Shown here piece by piece: positions 9,219 to 19,869 of a stretch of 64,000 bases of DNA. Origin of the DNA: Ignavibacteria bacterium (lineage in GTDB: Bacteria > Bacteroidota > Ignavibacteria > Tepidaquicellales > OLB5); assembly GCA_030835085.1 (NCBI GenBank), contig JAUQWQ010000076.1, positions 8,389-72,388 of the forward strand, read 5' to 3'. How positions within the stretch are numbered: the first letter of the stretch is position 1; each line of letters begins with the position of its first letter. Below the pieces are notes generated by a model. The model was not told the DNA's origin. It was given only the letters and a program-made list of their open reading frames with translations, and did not search any database. Position numbers and translations under genes: made by a program.

Positions 9219-11030
9219 TTAATTTCCGCGCTTTAAGGAAATTGTAAATTTTGCACCTTCATTTTCCCTGCTTTCCAGTTTTAAATTTGCTCCGATAAAT
9301 TCACATAATTTTTTAACGATAGAAAGTCCAAGTCCGGTTGAATGTTCGTTTCCGGTTGGTTTTGCACTTAGCCGGGCAAATTTGTTGAAAATTTTCTTTT
9401 TATCTTCATCACTGAATCCTGGTCCATTATCAATAACTTCGAATCTTACATGGTTACCTTCAGAAAAAACTTTCAGATAAATACTTTTATTTTCGGGTGA
9501 AAATTTTAATGCATTGGATACAAGGTTCTGAAGAATCTCATATAAAATGACTTTATCGGTGTAAACTACAACTTCACCTTCTGCTTCCCGGAGCTCAAGG
9601 TTTAATTTTTTTCTTTCTGCATCTTCCCTGAAGTTTGAAATAAGCTCCCTGCAGAGGGCATTTACATCAAAACCCGAGATATTTATTTTTAACTCACCCT
9701 GGTCAATAGCATTATGATCAAGCAGCTTCTTTATGATATTGAACATCCTGTCTGTCTGGTTTATGATATTTGTTGTGAACTCTTCCATTTCAGCCCTGGG
9801 GAGATCTTCGCTTCTTTTAAGTATTCTTGCAGTTGAAAGAATATTCTGAAGAGGGTTTTTCAGGTCATGTACTGCTATTGCCATGAATTCATTCTTTTCA
9901 TCATTAAGATCTTTCAGGCTGACATTCAGTTTTTTTACATCCTCCAGTGCCTGTGCAAGTTCAATATTTTTTAATCTTTGTATTTCTGCTTCTTTCTGAG
10001 CCTGTTCAATTTCAAGCTGTGTTGAAATATTTTTAGCTCTCAGCTCTGCTTCTTCCTTAAGCAGCTCCAGCTCTTTCTGATATGCAATTTTTAAATGATA
10101 CAGGGCTTTTGCTGAATTTTCTGTTTTTTCATATGCATTAGAAAGCATTTTATGCAGTTCATGAATTGATCTTTTTATTCCAAGTTCGGTTGCAAGCTCC
10201 AGTGCTTTTTCCAGATTTATTCTGGCTTCGGTGATATTGTTTTCTAACAGCTGCAACCCGCCAATGGTACTGTAAATCTTAACTAATCCGCGTTTATCTT
10301 CAATCTCCAGCTTAAGCTTTCTGCTTTCTTCAAACAGCCGGAATGCTTCTTCATTATTTTTCAGCTTAATGTTCGTTTCTGCAATATGATCAAGAGCCGC
10401 TGAAGCCCTGCGTTTATCATTGGAAGCAGATGCCCGGTTATATGCATCATAAAGGAATTTTAATGCTTCTTCAAAATTACCAAGCTGTGAGTGCGTTAAA
10501 CCAATATTTATGTTCGTTATCAGCAAAGATTCGCCGTCGTTCTCTTCTTCGGCAATATCAAGTGCATGAGAGTAGAACTTGAGCGCATTGCGGTAATCTT
10601 TAATGTTGGTATATATCAGGCCTATATTAGAGAGGACAATAGCGATCTTCTTATTTTCTTTTACATCCTCGTAGATCTTCAATGCCCTGAAATATGCTTT
10701 TAAAGCATTTGAATAGTTGTTCAGGTTATCATGTATCACACCTACATAATTCAATGCATCACCCATGATCTTTTTTTCCCCCAGATGCTGTGCAAGCTTA
10801 ATTGCCTCTGAAAGGTATTTCATTGCCTGGGGATAACTTGACATGATCTCATGGCAAACGCCGAGCAAATAAAGGCTATTTGCTTCCAGAACTTCGTCGG
10901 CAGATTTCAATGACTGAACATAAACAAAATTTGCAAGTTCCAGAGCTTTTTTAGGTTCACTGAATTTTATTCTATTCACTTCATCAATAAGGTGATAAAG
11001 TTTGCCGTTATATCCGGAAGGAAGATTCAT
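9219..11030 (-). CDS. soluble TPR-repeat sensor histidine kinase (paralog of 7184..8959)
   Basis: 603 aa with the same architecture. AVHDLKNPLQNI H-box. C-terminal stretch LSAKPTGNEHSTGLGLSIVKKLC is identical to the neighbour. Confidence 0.85.
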   Translation of the reverse strand: MNLPSGYNGKLYHLIDEVNRIKFSEPKKALELANFVYVQSLKSADEVLEANSLYLLGVCHEIMSSYPQAMKYLSEAIKLAQHLGEKKIMGDALNYVGVIHDNLNNYSNALKAYFRALKIYEDVKENKKIAIVLSNIGLIYTNIKDYRNALKFYSHALDIAEEENDGESLLITNINIGLTHSQLGNFEEALKFLYDAYNRASASNDKRRASAALDHIAETNIKLKNNEEAFRLFEESRKLKLEIEDKRGLVKIYSTIGGLQLLENNITEARINLEKALELATELGIKRSIHELHKMLSNAYEKTENSAKALYHLKIAYQKELELLKEEAELRAKNISTQLEIEQAQKEAEIQRLKNIELAQALEDVKKLNVSLKDLNDEKNEFMAIAVHDLKNPLQNILSTARILKRSEDLPRAEMEEFTTNIINQTDRMFNIIKKLLDHNAIDQGELKINISGFDVNALCRELISNFREDAERKKLNLELREAEGEVVVYTDKVILYEILQNLVSNALKFSPENKSIYLKVFSEGNHVRFEVIDNGPGFSDEDKKKIFNKFARLSAKPTGNEHSTGLGLSIVKKLCEFIGANLKLESRENEGAKFTISLKRGN

Positions 11031-11292
11031 ATAATATGATAATTTTACAAATATTGTAAAGAATATGTTAAATTAAAACCCTTTTACATTCTTATTCACG
11101 TTATTTTTCGGTATGAATTCTGTTTAATAATATGATTTTTAAGATTTTGTATTCATTTTTGACTTGAAGTACTTTTATTAGAACATAATATTGTACAAAA
11201 TACTGAAATGCTCTTGAAAGAGGGGCTCCCTGATTTTAGTTATTACATTGAGACCCTGATATCATTATTCTTAGTAAAACAGAATCAAATTT

Positions 11293-13230
11293 ATGAAAGA
11301 TAGATCACGCTCTGATACAGTTGTACTTTTATGCGGGTATTTAATCATCATAACCGGAATTTTATTCTTTTTCGGTTTATTACTCGGAATAGCACCTTTT
11401 TTGAATGTATTACCCGGTTATGTACCTATGAATTCTGTGACTGCACTTTGTTTTATTGCATTAGGTCTTTCATTAATTTTACTGGTATTAAAAATCCCTA
11501 ACAGATCTTTGATAATAATGATTTCGGTATTTGTAATTTTGAATGCATTTTTGGCATTAAGTTATCACATTACCGGTGAATATACCACTCTGGATGTTCT
11601 GCTTCCTCAAATCCTTCGGAGTTCCAGTAAAATGGCTCCGAATACGGCAGTTCTGCTGATTGCTGCAGGAGTTATTATACTTTTTTTGAAAAGACCTGAA
11701 CCTTTGATCAGAAACGTTATCCAGTATATATTATTTGGAGCGGGATTTATTTCATTATTTGCCTCTCTTGGATTCCTTTACCGTATATCTTCTTTTTATC
11801 ATGTCGGCAATTATACACCCATGGCTCTGAATACTTCAGTCATGTTCCTGGTCTTATTTGGCGGACTGATGCTTGCTGATAACCAAAGCAAATTCATGGA
11901 ACTGGTAAAGGGCAGCTCTCCCAGTGCTGTTATTAGCAGGCGCATGATACCTTTTGTTATCCTCCTTCCAATCCTTCTGGGCTGGCTGCGGATCTTTGGT
12001 GAAAATGCAGGACTGTACGGATATTCAACTGGGGTAGCGATTTTTGTAATATGTGTTATAGTTGCACTTTTTATAATGGTAGTTTATAATGCTGCACATT
12101 TAAAAAAGGAAGAATATGAAAAAAGTAAGTATGAAAAAGAAATTATTGAAAGCGAAAGGAAATTAAGGGCTGTAATAGATAATTCAACTTCAGCTATATA
12201 CCTGAAAGACCTGAACAGAAGGTTTATCATGGTAAATAAAGCAACACAGAAAAACCATGGATTAAACGAAAAGGAATTTCTGGGCAAAACTTTAACTGAC
12301 CTTTTCCCTCAGCATCCTGAAGCTGTGAAAGTATATGAGGAACATGACCGCGCGGTAATTGATAGCGCACAGGCTTATGAATTTGAAGAAACAGCATTAT
12401 TACCTGATGGCATACACATATATCTTTCACAAAAGTTTCCTCTTACAGATATTAACGGTAAAGTGTACGCAATGTGCGGAATTTCAACAGATATTACTGA
12501 AAGGAAAAAAACCGAGGAGAGAACTGCAACTTTGAATAAATTGCTGCAGGAAAGCAATAGTGAGCTTGAATCATTCAGCTATTCTGTGTCACATGATCTT
12601 AGAGCCCCGCTGAGGCACATTATTGGATTCGGGGAAAAACTAAAAAGGATATCAGAAGAACATTTGAATAATGAAGAACTGAGGCTGCTTGGAAAAATAA
12701 ATACCAGCGCAGCGAAGATGGGAAGGCTCATTGATGATCTGCTGATGTTCTCCAGGGTTGGAAGAACAGGTCTTTCTGTAACAAGACTGGAATTGAATAA
12801 TATAATTGATGAATATATTTCGGAGTATTTAAATAACTCTAATGACGGAGAAATACAATGGAATGTTGAGAGGCTGCCGGCTGCTGATGCTGACCCGTTC
12901 CAGATAAAAATTGTTCTTGATAATCTGCTATCTAATGCTGTTAAATATACTGCCAAAGCTGATAAACGAGTTATAGAAATAACAGGAACAGAAAGTGTAG
13001 AAGAGAATATATACACTGTTAAGGATTCCGGCTGCGGTTTTGATACGGATTATATTGATAAATTATTCGGTGTGTTCCAGAGACTGCATAGAGATGATGA
13101 ATATGAAGGAACAGGTATCGGTCTGGCTACAGTTAAAAGAATAATTAACCGGCACAATGGAAGAGTATGGGCTGAAAGCCGGCAGGGAGAAGGAGCTTCC
13201 TTTCACTTTACTTTGCCAAAAAACAGATAA
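11293..13230 (+). CDS. membrane sensor histidine kinase (multi-TM N-domain, PAS, HisKA, HATPase_c)
   Basis: 645 aa with about 7 N-terminal hydrophobic helices. PAS-like region, H-box SYSVSHDLRAPLRHI, and HATPase motifs (DNLLSNAVKYT, DSGCGF, GTGIGLATVKRI). Confidence 0.85.
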   Translation: MKDRSRSDTVVLLCGYLIIITGILFFFGLLLGIAPFLNVLPGYVPMNSVTALCFIALGLSLILLVLKIPNRSLIIMISVFVILNAFLALSYHITGEYTTLDVLLPQILRSSSKMAPNTAVLLIAAGVIILFLKRPEPLIRNVIQYILFGAGFISLFASLGFLYRISSFYHVGNYTPMALNTSVMFLVLFGGLMLADNQSKFMELVKGSSPSAVISRRMIPFVILLPILLGWLRIFGENAGLYGYSTGVAIFVICVIVALFIMVVYNAAHLKKEEYEKSKYEKEIIESERKLRAVIDNSTSAIYLKDLNRRFIMVNKATQKNHGLNEKEFLGKTLTDLFPQHPEAVKVYEEHDRAVIDSAQAYEFEETALLPDGIHIYLSQKFPLTDINGKVYAMCGISTDITERKKTEERTATLNKLLQESNSELESFSYSVSHDLRAPLRHIIGFGEKLKRISEEHLNNEELRLLGKINTSAAKMGRLIDDLLMFSRVGRTGLSVTRLELNNIIDEYISEYLNNSNDGEIQWNVERLPAADADPFQIKIVLDNLLSNAVKYTAKADKRVIEITGTESVEENIYTVKDSGCGFDTDYIDKLFGVFQRLHRDDEYEGTGIGLATVKRIINRHNGRVWAESRQGEGASFHFTLPKNR

Positions 13231-13265
13231 AAAATGTTTTTTCATAAATTAAACAAATTAATATT

Positions 13266-13706
13266 ATGGCTGTTAATAATTTAAACAGGATATTGATAGT
13301 TGAAGATAATGAAAATGATCTTGAGCTTACCATTGACGCATTATCTGAACATAATTTCGCTAATTTTATAGATGTTACAAGAGATGGAGAGGAAGCACTT
13401 GACTATCTTTACAAACGGGGAAAATTTTCAAAAAGAGAAAATGGAAATCCGGTAGTTATATTACTTGATCTTAAACTTCCTAAAATAAACGGTCAGGAAG
13501 TTCTGAATGAGATAAAAAATTCAGCTGACTTCAAAGCAATTCCCGTAGTAATACTTACCTCTTCAAAAGAAGAATCAGATCTCATAAGCAGTTATCAAAA
13601 AGGTGTTAATGCTTATGTAGTAAAACCGGTAGATTTTCATGATTTTGTTGATGCAGTAAAGAATCTTGGTATTTTCTGGGCTTTAATAAATGAAACACCC
13701 CGATAA
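13266..13706 (+). CDS. single-domain response regulator (REC only)
   Basis: 146 aa. ILIVEDNENDLE ... ILLDLKLPKINGQEVL ... VVILTSS ... AYVVKP. Confidence 0.9.
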   Translation: MAVNNLNRILIVEDNENDLELTIDALSEHNFANFIDVTRDGEEALDYLYKRGKFSKRENGNPVVILLDLKLPKINGQEVLNEIKNSADFKAIPVVILTSSKEESDLISSYQKGVNAYVVKPVDFHDFVDAVKNLGIFWALINETPR

Positions 13707-13733
13707 TCTTTGTAGAATTTATATTAACTTAAT

Positions 13734-15149
13734 ATGACTGATAAACTTAATATTTTACATCTTGAAGATGACGATAATGACTCAGAACTGGTTTTAAATG
13801 AGCTGGAATCTGCCGGATTTAAATTTGAATACAAAAGAGTAGATAATGAAAGTGATTTTACATATTCCCTGATCCACTCGAGTTATGATATAATTTTCAG
13901 TGATTTCAGCCTTCCGACTTATAACGGGTTAAAAGCACTTGAAAGATCCATGAGTATCCGCCCGGAAGTTCCATTTATACTGGTTTCGGGAACGCTTGGC
14001 GAAGATGCAGCGGTTGAATCAATGAAAAAAGGGGCTACTGATTATGTGCTGAAGAACAAGCTATATAAATTACTTCCTACAATTAACAGAGCATTAGTAG
14101 AAGCCAAAGAAAAAAAGTTAAGAGAATCAGCTGAAAACAGGTATGGGATATTAATTGAATCAGCAAGAGATATAATTTTTACAATTTCCACCGGCGGTTT
14201 AATTATTTCATTGAATAATGCTTTCAATGAAATTACCGGGCTGAACAGGGAAGACTGGATAGGAAAGGAATTTTCAGGTTTAATACATCCTGATGATCGG
14301 GATTTAGCTTTATTCAGATTTAACAGTGTAAAAGAAGGCAGCAGGTCCGAAAGCTACGAAATGAGATTTATCAATTCCTCCGGAGAATATTTTTATGGTG
14401 AAATTCTGACTGCATATATTGACCGGGGTAATATCAACGGTGAGATACTTGGTATTGTAAGAGATGTTACTGAACGAAGGAACGCTGAACTTATCATTCT
14501 TAATTCATTAAAAGAAAAAGAGATCCTCCTGAAAGAAATTCATCACCGCGTGAAAAATAATCTCCAGATCATAATCAGCCTTATTAATATGCAGTCTTCA
14601 GAAATTAATGATACTTCTGTTCTAAACTCATTCAGGGAAATACAGAACAGGGTTGTATCAATGTCACTTATACACCAGAGCTTTTATCAGTCGAACAGTC
14701 TTTCTGAAATAGATTTTTCTCATTACATTAAACGGCTTGCTGAAAACTTATTCAGGATCTTCGGGATAAAAAAGGATAGAATTGAGTTATTCATTGATAC
14801 AGCGGGAATAAATATCAGTATTGATACAGCGATTCCTTTGGGATTATTGATCAATGAAGTATTTTCAAATTCACTTAAGCATGGATTTGAAGTAGGCAGT
14901 TCCGGCAGGATGTTTATAGAGCTAAGAAAATCGGAAGGTGACTATATTCTTCGGATAGGTGATAATGGCTGTGGCTTGCCAGCTGGAATTCAGCCTGGAA
15001 AAACAAATTCTCTTGGAATGACCCTTATCAAAATGCTTTGTGATCAGATTGATGGAGAGATAACTCTGAATAACGAAAACGGAACGGTATATTATGTGAA
15101 ATTTGCATCAAAAAGCTATAGAGACCGTCTGGATGGCATTATACATTAA
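13734..15149 (+). CDS. hybrid REC-PAS-HisKA_2-type histidine kinase
   Basis: 471 aa. N-terminal receiver (ILHLEDDDND ... IFSDFSLPTYNG), PAS, then HHRVKNNLQIIISLINMQ (HisKA_2/HWE-like H-box) and an ATPase domain. Confidence 0.85.
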   Translation: MTDKLNILHLEDDDNDSELVLNELESAGFKFEYKRVDNESDFTYSLIHSSYDIIFSDFSLPTYNGLKALERSMSIRPEVPFILVSGTLGEDAAVESMKKGATDYVLKNKLYKLLPTINRALVEAKEKKLRESAENRYGILIESARDIIFTISTGGLIISLNNAFNEITGLNREDWIGKEFSGLIHPDDRDLALFRFNSVKEGSRSESYEMRFINSSGEYFYGEILTAYIDRGNINGEILGIVRDVTERRNAELIILNSLKEKEILLKEIHHRVKNNLQIIISLINMQSSEINDTSVLNSFREIQNRVVSMSLIHQSFYQSNSLSEIDFSHYIKRLAENLFRIFGIKKDRIELFIDTAGINISIDTAIPLGLLINEVFSNSLKHGFEVGSSGRMFIELRKSEGDYILRIGDNGCGLPAGIQPGKTNSLGMTLIKMLCDQIDGEITLNNENGTVYYVKFASKSYRDRLDGIIH

Positions 15150-15238
15150 TCTAAACTTATAATATTCATATAAATATTACAGCATTTCAATTTATTACTG
15201 GAAAATATTATTATATATTAAAACCTTTTAATACAGCT

Positions 15239-15246
15239 TATATTTG
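15239..15246 (+). promoter_or_regulatory. Bacteroidetes-type -7 box (TATATTTG)
   Basis: Exact TAnnTTTG match 53 nt upstream of the ATG at 15299. Confidence 0.4.
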
Positions 15247-15298
15247 TATGGTGTAATTCGTTCTTATAAATAATTCTTACACCAGGAGCTAATAAAAC

Positions 15299-18200
15299 AT
15301 GAAGCGCTTTACCGCAGCCGTGATTGCTGTTGTTTTGCTGTGCACGGTAGTAAGTTTTGTTTCATATTCACAGGGCATTAACAGTGTTAAACTGATCAAA
15401 GCTAAGGGTGGATACGAAATAGAATTCAGCCTTCCGGCATACAGTTACCAGACTGTAACAAAAGAAGGTGAATCATTTGATATCATAAATGTAGAAAATT
15501 TTGGTATCACACCAAATGAAGGCTTACCAATGTTACCCCAGCTCACTTTCATCCTGATAATAGATAAAGCAGAAATTTCACCGGATTTTTATATACTGAA
15601 TCAATCCCTTGAAGAAAATTATCTTCAGCGGAAATTATTCCCCACACAGGCACCCTGGGAAAAATCACGGGAGCTTAAAGACCGCCCCTTTACTATAAAC
15701 AGGGGTTATTATTCAACAACAGGAAGCATCCTTGACCCTCTTGTACACATCTCTGAACCTGTAATTATCGGTGGTGTAAAAGCAGTAATGATTTCAGTTA
15801 TGCCCTTCAGATACGACCCTTCTTCAGGCAGACTATTAATTACAAAAAACGCCAGAATTAAAATAGGGCTCTCAGCAGGAATCCCCCGATATACATCCAT
15901 TGCCGGCTCTTTCAAAGAAATATTCGGTGCATTGGCTGTAAATTCAGAAACTGTGAATTATGCCGGTACTAATAATTACCTCATAATTACTCCACCTGAA
16001 TATGAAGCTGTAATGGGACCCTTTGCTTCGTATAAATCAAGTATGGGGTATAGTGTACTTATGGTGAACACAAGTATAACAGGAACTACCACTTCAGCAA
16101 TTTTGAGTTATATTCAGAACAGGTATAATAATATTGCTACCAGGCCAGAGTTCATTCTGCTGGCAGGTGATATTGATAAAATACCGGAATGGACAGGTAT
16201 CGGTTCTGATAATCCTCATACAGACCTGAACTATACGATGCTTGAAGGGAACGATCCGTTTGCAGACGCTTTTATCGGAAGGTTTTCCTGTGCTAATACC
16301 ACAGAACTTACCAATTTGATTACTAAAACTATTTATATGGAAAGTAATATTGGCGGGCTTCCAAAAAAGAATGTATTTATGGCATCAACAGATAACTGGG
16401 CAATTACCGAAGGAACTCATAATTTTGTAATTGATAGTTTTTTTATCCCTTCAACATATACAAATGTTAAACTCTTTACTCATACTTATAATGCAACAAC
16501 CCAGCAGCTTATTGATGCTTTGAATAACAACCAGGTCTATGCAATTTATTCCGGGCATGGCAGCACAACAAGCTGGGCAGATGGTCCGCCGCTGAATCAA
16601 ACCCAGGTTAATGCATTGAACAACAGTTATTTCCCGTTTGTTTATTCTTTTGCATGTCTTACTGGGCAGTATCAGAATTCCGAATGTTTTGGTGAGACAT
16701 GGATACGCAGACCCAAAGCAGGGTCAGTATTCTGGGGATCATCGGTCAACTCTTTCTGGGATGAAGATGATATTCTTGAGCGCAGACTTTTCAGGGCAAT
16801 GTTTACCGATGGACTTAAAAAAACCGCTCCTATGTTTGTTATGGCAAAATACTACCTCGTACAGCACTATGGCAGTGTTACAACTGATATGAGAAGGTAT
16901 TTGGAAATGTATAATTGCTTCGGCGATCCTTCTATTTACCAGGCTGCTTATGGACCTGTTATTGCACATTCCTGTTTACCTAACACAGAAAATCTTAACG
17001 GGCCGTATAATGTAAACTGCGTAATAACTCCTTCAGGTTCAAGTATTGATCCTTCCAAAACAAAACTTTTCTGGACAAGGGGAAGTGCTTTTACCGATAG
17101 TATTTCAATGACGAATTCATCCGGCAATAACTGGAGCGCATCAATACCGGGTAACGGGTCATCATCGGTTTACAAATATTATCTTAAAACATGTGATATG
17201 CTGAACCGGGTAACAATACTTCCGCCGGATGCACCTTCTGGATTTTTCAGCTTTACCGCATCAGCAGATGTAACGCCTCCTGTAATTACACACACTCAGA
17301 TAGGGAGTACCGGGCAGCCGATGTGGCCGGTTACAGTAACGGCCACTGTAACTGATAATATAGGGCTTGACAGTGTTTGGGTTGAATGGTACAAAAATAC
17401 TCCTGCACCTGTTAAAAGATTCAGGCTGAATAATACCGGAGGAAGCACTTTCAGCGGAATTTTTAATTCTATCAACAGTGATGTTGTTCCGGGTGACTCA
17501 GTGTTTTATCTCATAAAGGCAATGGATAATTCATCAAACCATAACACAGGTGTTATACCTTCATCGGGTTATTTCAGGTTTTTGATAACCACTCAGGCTT
17601 TCTCAAGTTTCTGCAAACAGACTAATGTGCCTATCAATGATAACCAGGTATCGTATGATACCTTATCCATTGCTCAATACGGTACTATTGTTGATCTTAA
17701 TTTTAAAATGGAATCCCTGATACATACCTATGATGGTGATATATCGATCAGTATAATTTCACCAACCGGACTTGAAGTATCACTTTCTAACAGGCGCGGT
17801 GGCGGAGGAGATAATTACACTAATACTTTGTTTGATGATTCATCTACGGTTTCCATATCAACAGGCACAGCACCGTTTACAGGTACATTCAGGCCGGAGA
17901 GCCCTTTGAATGTATTCAACGGACTTGATGTTCACGGAAGCTGGATACTTAAAGTTAACGACCAGGCAACAGGTGATACAGGCAGGATCGAAAGATATTG
18001 TCTGAATATAATATACAACGCTGTGCTTGCAGTTAATAATCAGCAGATACCGGTTAAATATGAATTGGCTCAGAATTATCCAAATCCGTTCAATCCGATA
18101 ACAAAAATAAAATATTCTGTACCAAAACAATCTTTTGTAGAAATAAAGATCTATGACATTTTGGGCAGGGAAATAAAAACACTTGTTAATGAAATAAGAA

Positions 18201-18316
18201 CTGCAGGGAATTATGAAGTGGATTTCAACGCTTCATTTCTTGCCAGCGGCGTTTATTTTTACAGAATGGAATCTGGTGATTTCACTGATGTGAAAAAGCT
18301 TGTATTGCTGAAGTAG
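15299..18316 (+). CDS. gingipain-like peptidase C25 with proprotein-convertase P-domain and T9SS C-terminal sorting domain
   Basis: 1005 aa with a signal peptide. C25-like His (AIYSGHGSTTSW) and Cys (VYSFACLTGQY) motifs. P-domain-like segment (HTYDGDISISIISPTGLEVSLSNRRGGGGDNY). CTD QNYPNPFNPITKIKYS...VKKLVLLK. Confidence 0.8.
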   Translation: MKRFTAAVIAVVLLCTVVSFVSYSQGINSVKLIKAKGGYEIEFSLPAYSYQTVTKEGESFDIINVENFGITPNEGLPMLPQLTFILIIDKAEISPDFYILNQSLEENYLQRKLFPTQAPWEKSRELKDRPFTINRGYYSTTGSILDPLVHISEPVIIGGVKAVMISVMPFRYDPSSGRLLITKNARIKIGLSAGIPRYTSIAGSFKEIFGALAVNSETVNYAGTNNYLIITPPEYEAVMGPFASYKSSMGYSVLMVNTSITGTTTSAILSYIQNRYNNIATRPEFILLAGDIDKIPEWTGIGSDNPHTDLNYTMLEGNDPFADAFIGRFSCANTTELTNLITKTIYMESNIGGLPKKNVFMASTDNWAITEGTHNFVIDSFFIPSTYTNVKLFTHTYNATTQQLIDALNNNQVYAIYSGHGSTTSWADGPPLNQTQVNALNNSYFPFVYSFACLTGQYQNSECFGETWIRRPKAGSVFWGSSVNSFWDEDDILERRLFRAMFTDGLKKTAPMFVMAKYYLVQHYGSVTTDMRRYLEMYNCFGDPSIYQAAYGPVIAHSCLPNTENLNGPYNVNCVITPSGSSIDPSKTKLFWTRGSAFTDSISMTNSSGNNWSASIPGNGSSSVYKYYLKTCDMLNRVTILPPDAPSGFFSFTASADVTPPVITHTQIGSTGQPMWPVTVTATVTDNIGLDSVWVEWYKNTPAPVKRFRLNNTGGSTFSGIFNSINSDVVPGDSVFYLIKAMDNSSNHNTGVIPSSGYFRFLITTQAFSSFCKQTNVPINDNQVSYDTLSIAQYGTIVDLNFKMESLIHTYDGDISISIISPTGLEVSLSNRRGGGGDNYTNTLFDDSSTVSISTGTAPFTGTFRPESPLNVFNGLDVHGSWILKVNDQATGDTGRIERYCLNIIYNAVLAVNNQQIPVKYELAQNYPNPFNPITKIKYSVPKQSFVEIKIYDILGREIKTLVNEIRTAGNYEVDFNASFLASGVYFYRMESGDFTDVKKLVLLK

Positions 18317-18347
18317 GAATTATTCCAGATCAAAAATTAGAACAATA

Positions 18348-18372
18348 AAAGCCGGTTAACAACCGGCTTTTA
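18348..18372. terminator. bidirectional hairpin terminator between convergent genes
   Basis: gccggtt-aac-aaccggc stem flanked by an A-run and a T-run. Confidence 0.7.
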
Positions 18373-18393
18373 TGCTAAATAAGTTAAATTTGT

Positions 18394-19734
18394 TCATCTT
18401 ACCATAAATGGCTTAAGCTTTTCTTCCAGGCCGGGGTCATAAAGTATAGCCTTTTCAAAATCATTTGTAGCCTGTTTATATAATCCTAAATTAAAATAAC
18501 AAATACCTCTGTTTTCATAAGCACGGCTTGATTTTGGGTTTACTTTCAGTATATTATCAAAATATGTAAAAGCATTTCTGTACTCATCAACATTTATCAA
18601 TAAGTAACCCATTCCCATCAGAGCAAGTGTATCATTAGGGTTCAGAAATAATGCTTCTTTAAAATCCGTTTCAGCTTCGGCAAATTTGTTTGCATTAAAA
18701 AAAAGGTATCCCCTGAGACTAATTGCAGGCGAAAACTTTGCGTTCATTTGAAGCGCTTTTTCCGAATAGATCATTGCAATTGAATCGTTACCGGTCATGA
18801 AATAATATATTCCCTTTTTATACAGCGCTATCGTATCAGTAGGCTGCAAAGTAAGAGCTGAATTAAGATCTTTCAATGCAAGGCTGTCTTTTCCGAGTAT
18901 AAAATAAATATCAGAACGCTTTCTGAGGCACACCGGAATAGAAAGTCCTGTACCTGGATATTCTATTGTTTTATTTAAATAAAATAACGCTGTATCAAAT
19001 TTTTTCTTTGCTGAATTCATTTCAGCCATTTCGAAATATGCTGGGGTATACGTAGAATCGACCTTGATGCAATTTAAAATATATCCTGTTGCGTTATCAG
19101 TATCATTCTGTTTTAAAAGAGTTTTCCCAATGTAATAAGAGAATTTTGGGTTTAATGAATCAAGAATGAATGCACTTCTGAAATGGAATAATGCGCTGTT
19201 CAAATCTCCTGTCTCAAATGAGGTTTTGCCAAGTGAAAAATTAATTTCCGGATAGAAAGGGTCAATTTGAAGGGCTTTATTGTAATTTTCAGAAGCTTTT
19301 TCAATATTTCCTTCACTCAGATATATATTACCCAACTCTATATAACCATCGGCGAATTCTTTATCAGTTTCAACGGATTTTTGGAAAAATTGGAGAGCTA
19401 AAGAGTTTGATTTTTTGTCTTTATAATACTTTCCCAGTCTTAAGAACATTTCTGCATCCTTGTAACCTAGTTCGTTCGCTTTCAGATAATCAGTAACCGC
19501 CTCTTCAATTTTATTCAATTCATAATATGAATTACCTCTAAGGTAAAAAATTTCATCATGCATAGTTGCTGATTTTAGGTAAATATTGAAGTTTTCGATC
19601 GCCTCTTCGTAATTATCACTTTTATATGCATTCAATCCTTTTTCAAAACTCGTTTGAATTGAATCTAACGGGATACTGAAGATTGGTTGTATAGATAAAA
19701 GAAATAACAGTGCAAAAATTGCTTTTAAAGTCAT
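18394..19734 (-). CDS. secreted TPR-repeat protein
   Basis: 446 aa with a signal peptide. Repeated 34-aa TPR-like units throughout. Confidence 0.8.
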   Translation of the reverse strand: MTLKAIFALLFLLSIQPIFSIPLDSIQTSFEKGLNAYKSDNYEEAIENFNIYLKSATMHDEIFYLRGNSYYELNKIEEAVTDYLKANELGYKDAEMFLRLGKYYKDKKSNSLALQFFQKSVETDKEFADGYIELGNIYLSEGNIEKASENYNKALQIDPFYPEINFSLGKTSFETGDLNSALFHFRSAFILDSLNPKFSYYIGKTLLKQNDTDNATGYILNCIKVDSTYTPAYFEMAEMNSAKKKFDTALFYLNKTIEYPGTGLSIPVCLRKRSDIYFILGKDSLALKDLNSALTLQPTDTIALYKKGIYYFMTGNDSIAMIYSEKALQMNAKFSPAISLRGYLFFNANKFAEAETDFKEALFLNPNDTLALMGMGYLLINVDEYRNAFTYFDNILKVNPKSSRAYENRGICYFNLGLYKQATNDFEKAILYDPGLEEKLKPFMVR

Positions 19735-19869
19735 TATTCAGATTTTATTAAGTAATACTAATATAATAAGAATTTAATTTTTAATTAAACAATTAAAAAT
19801 TCACAATATAAGAATTTTGTATAAGTCATTAATAAATATAGAATGTAATAGATTCTCGAATACTATATA

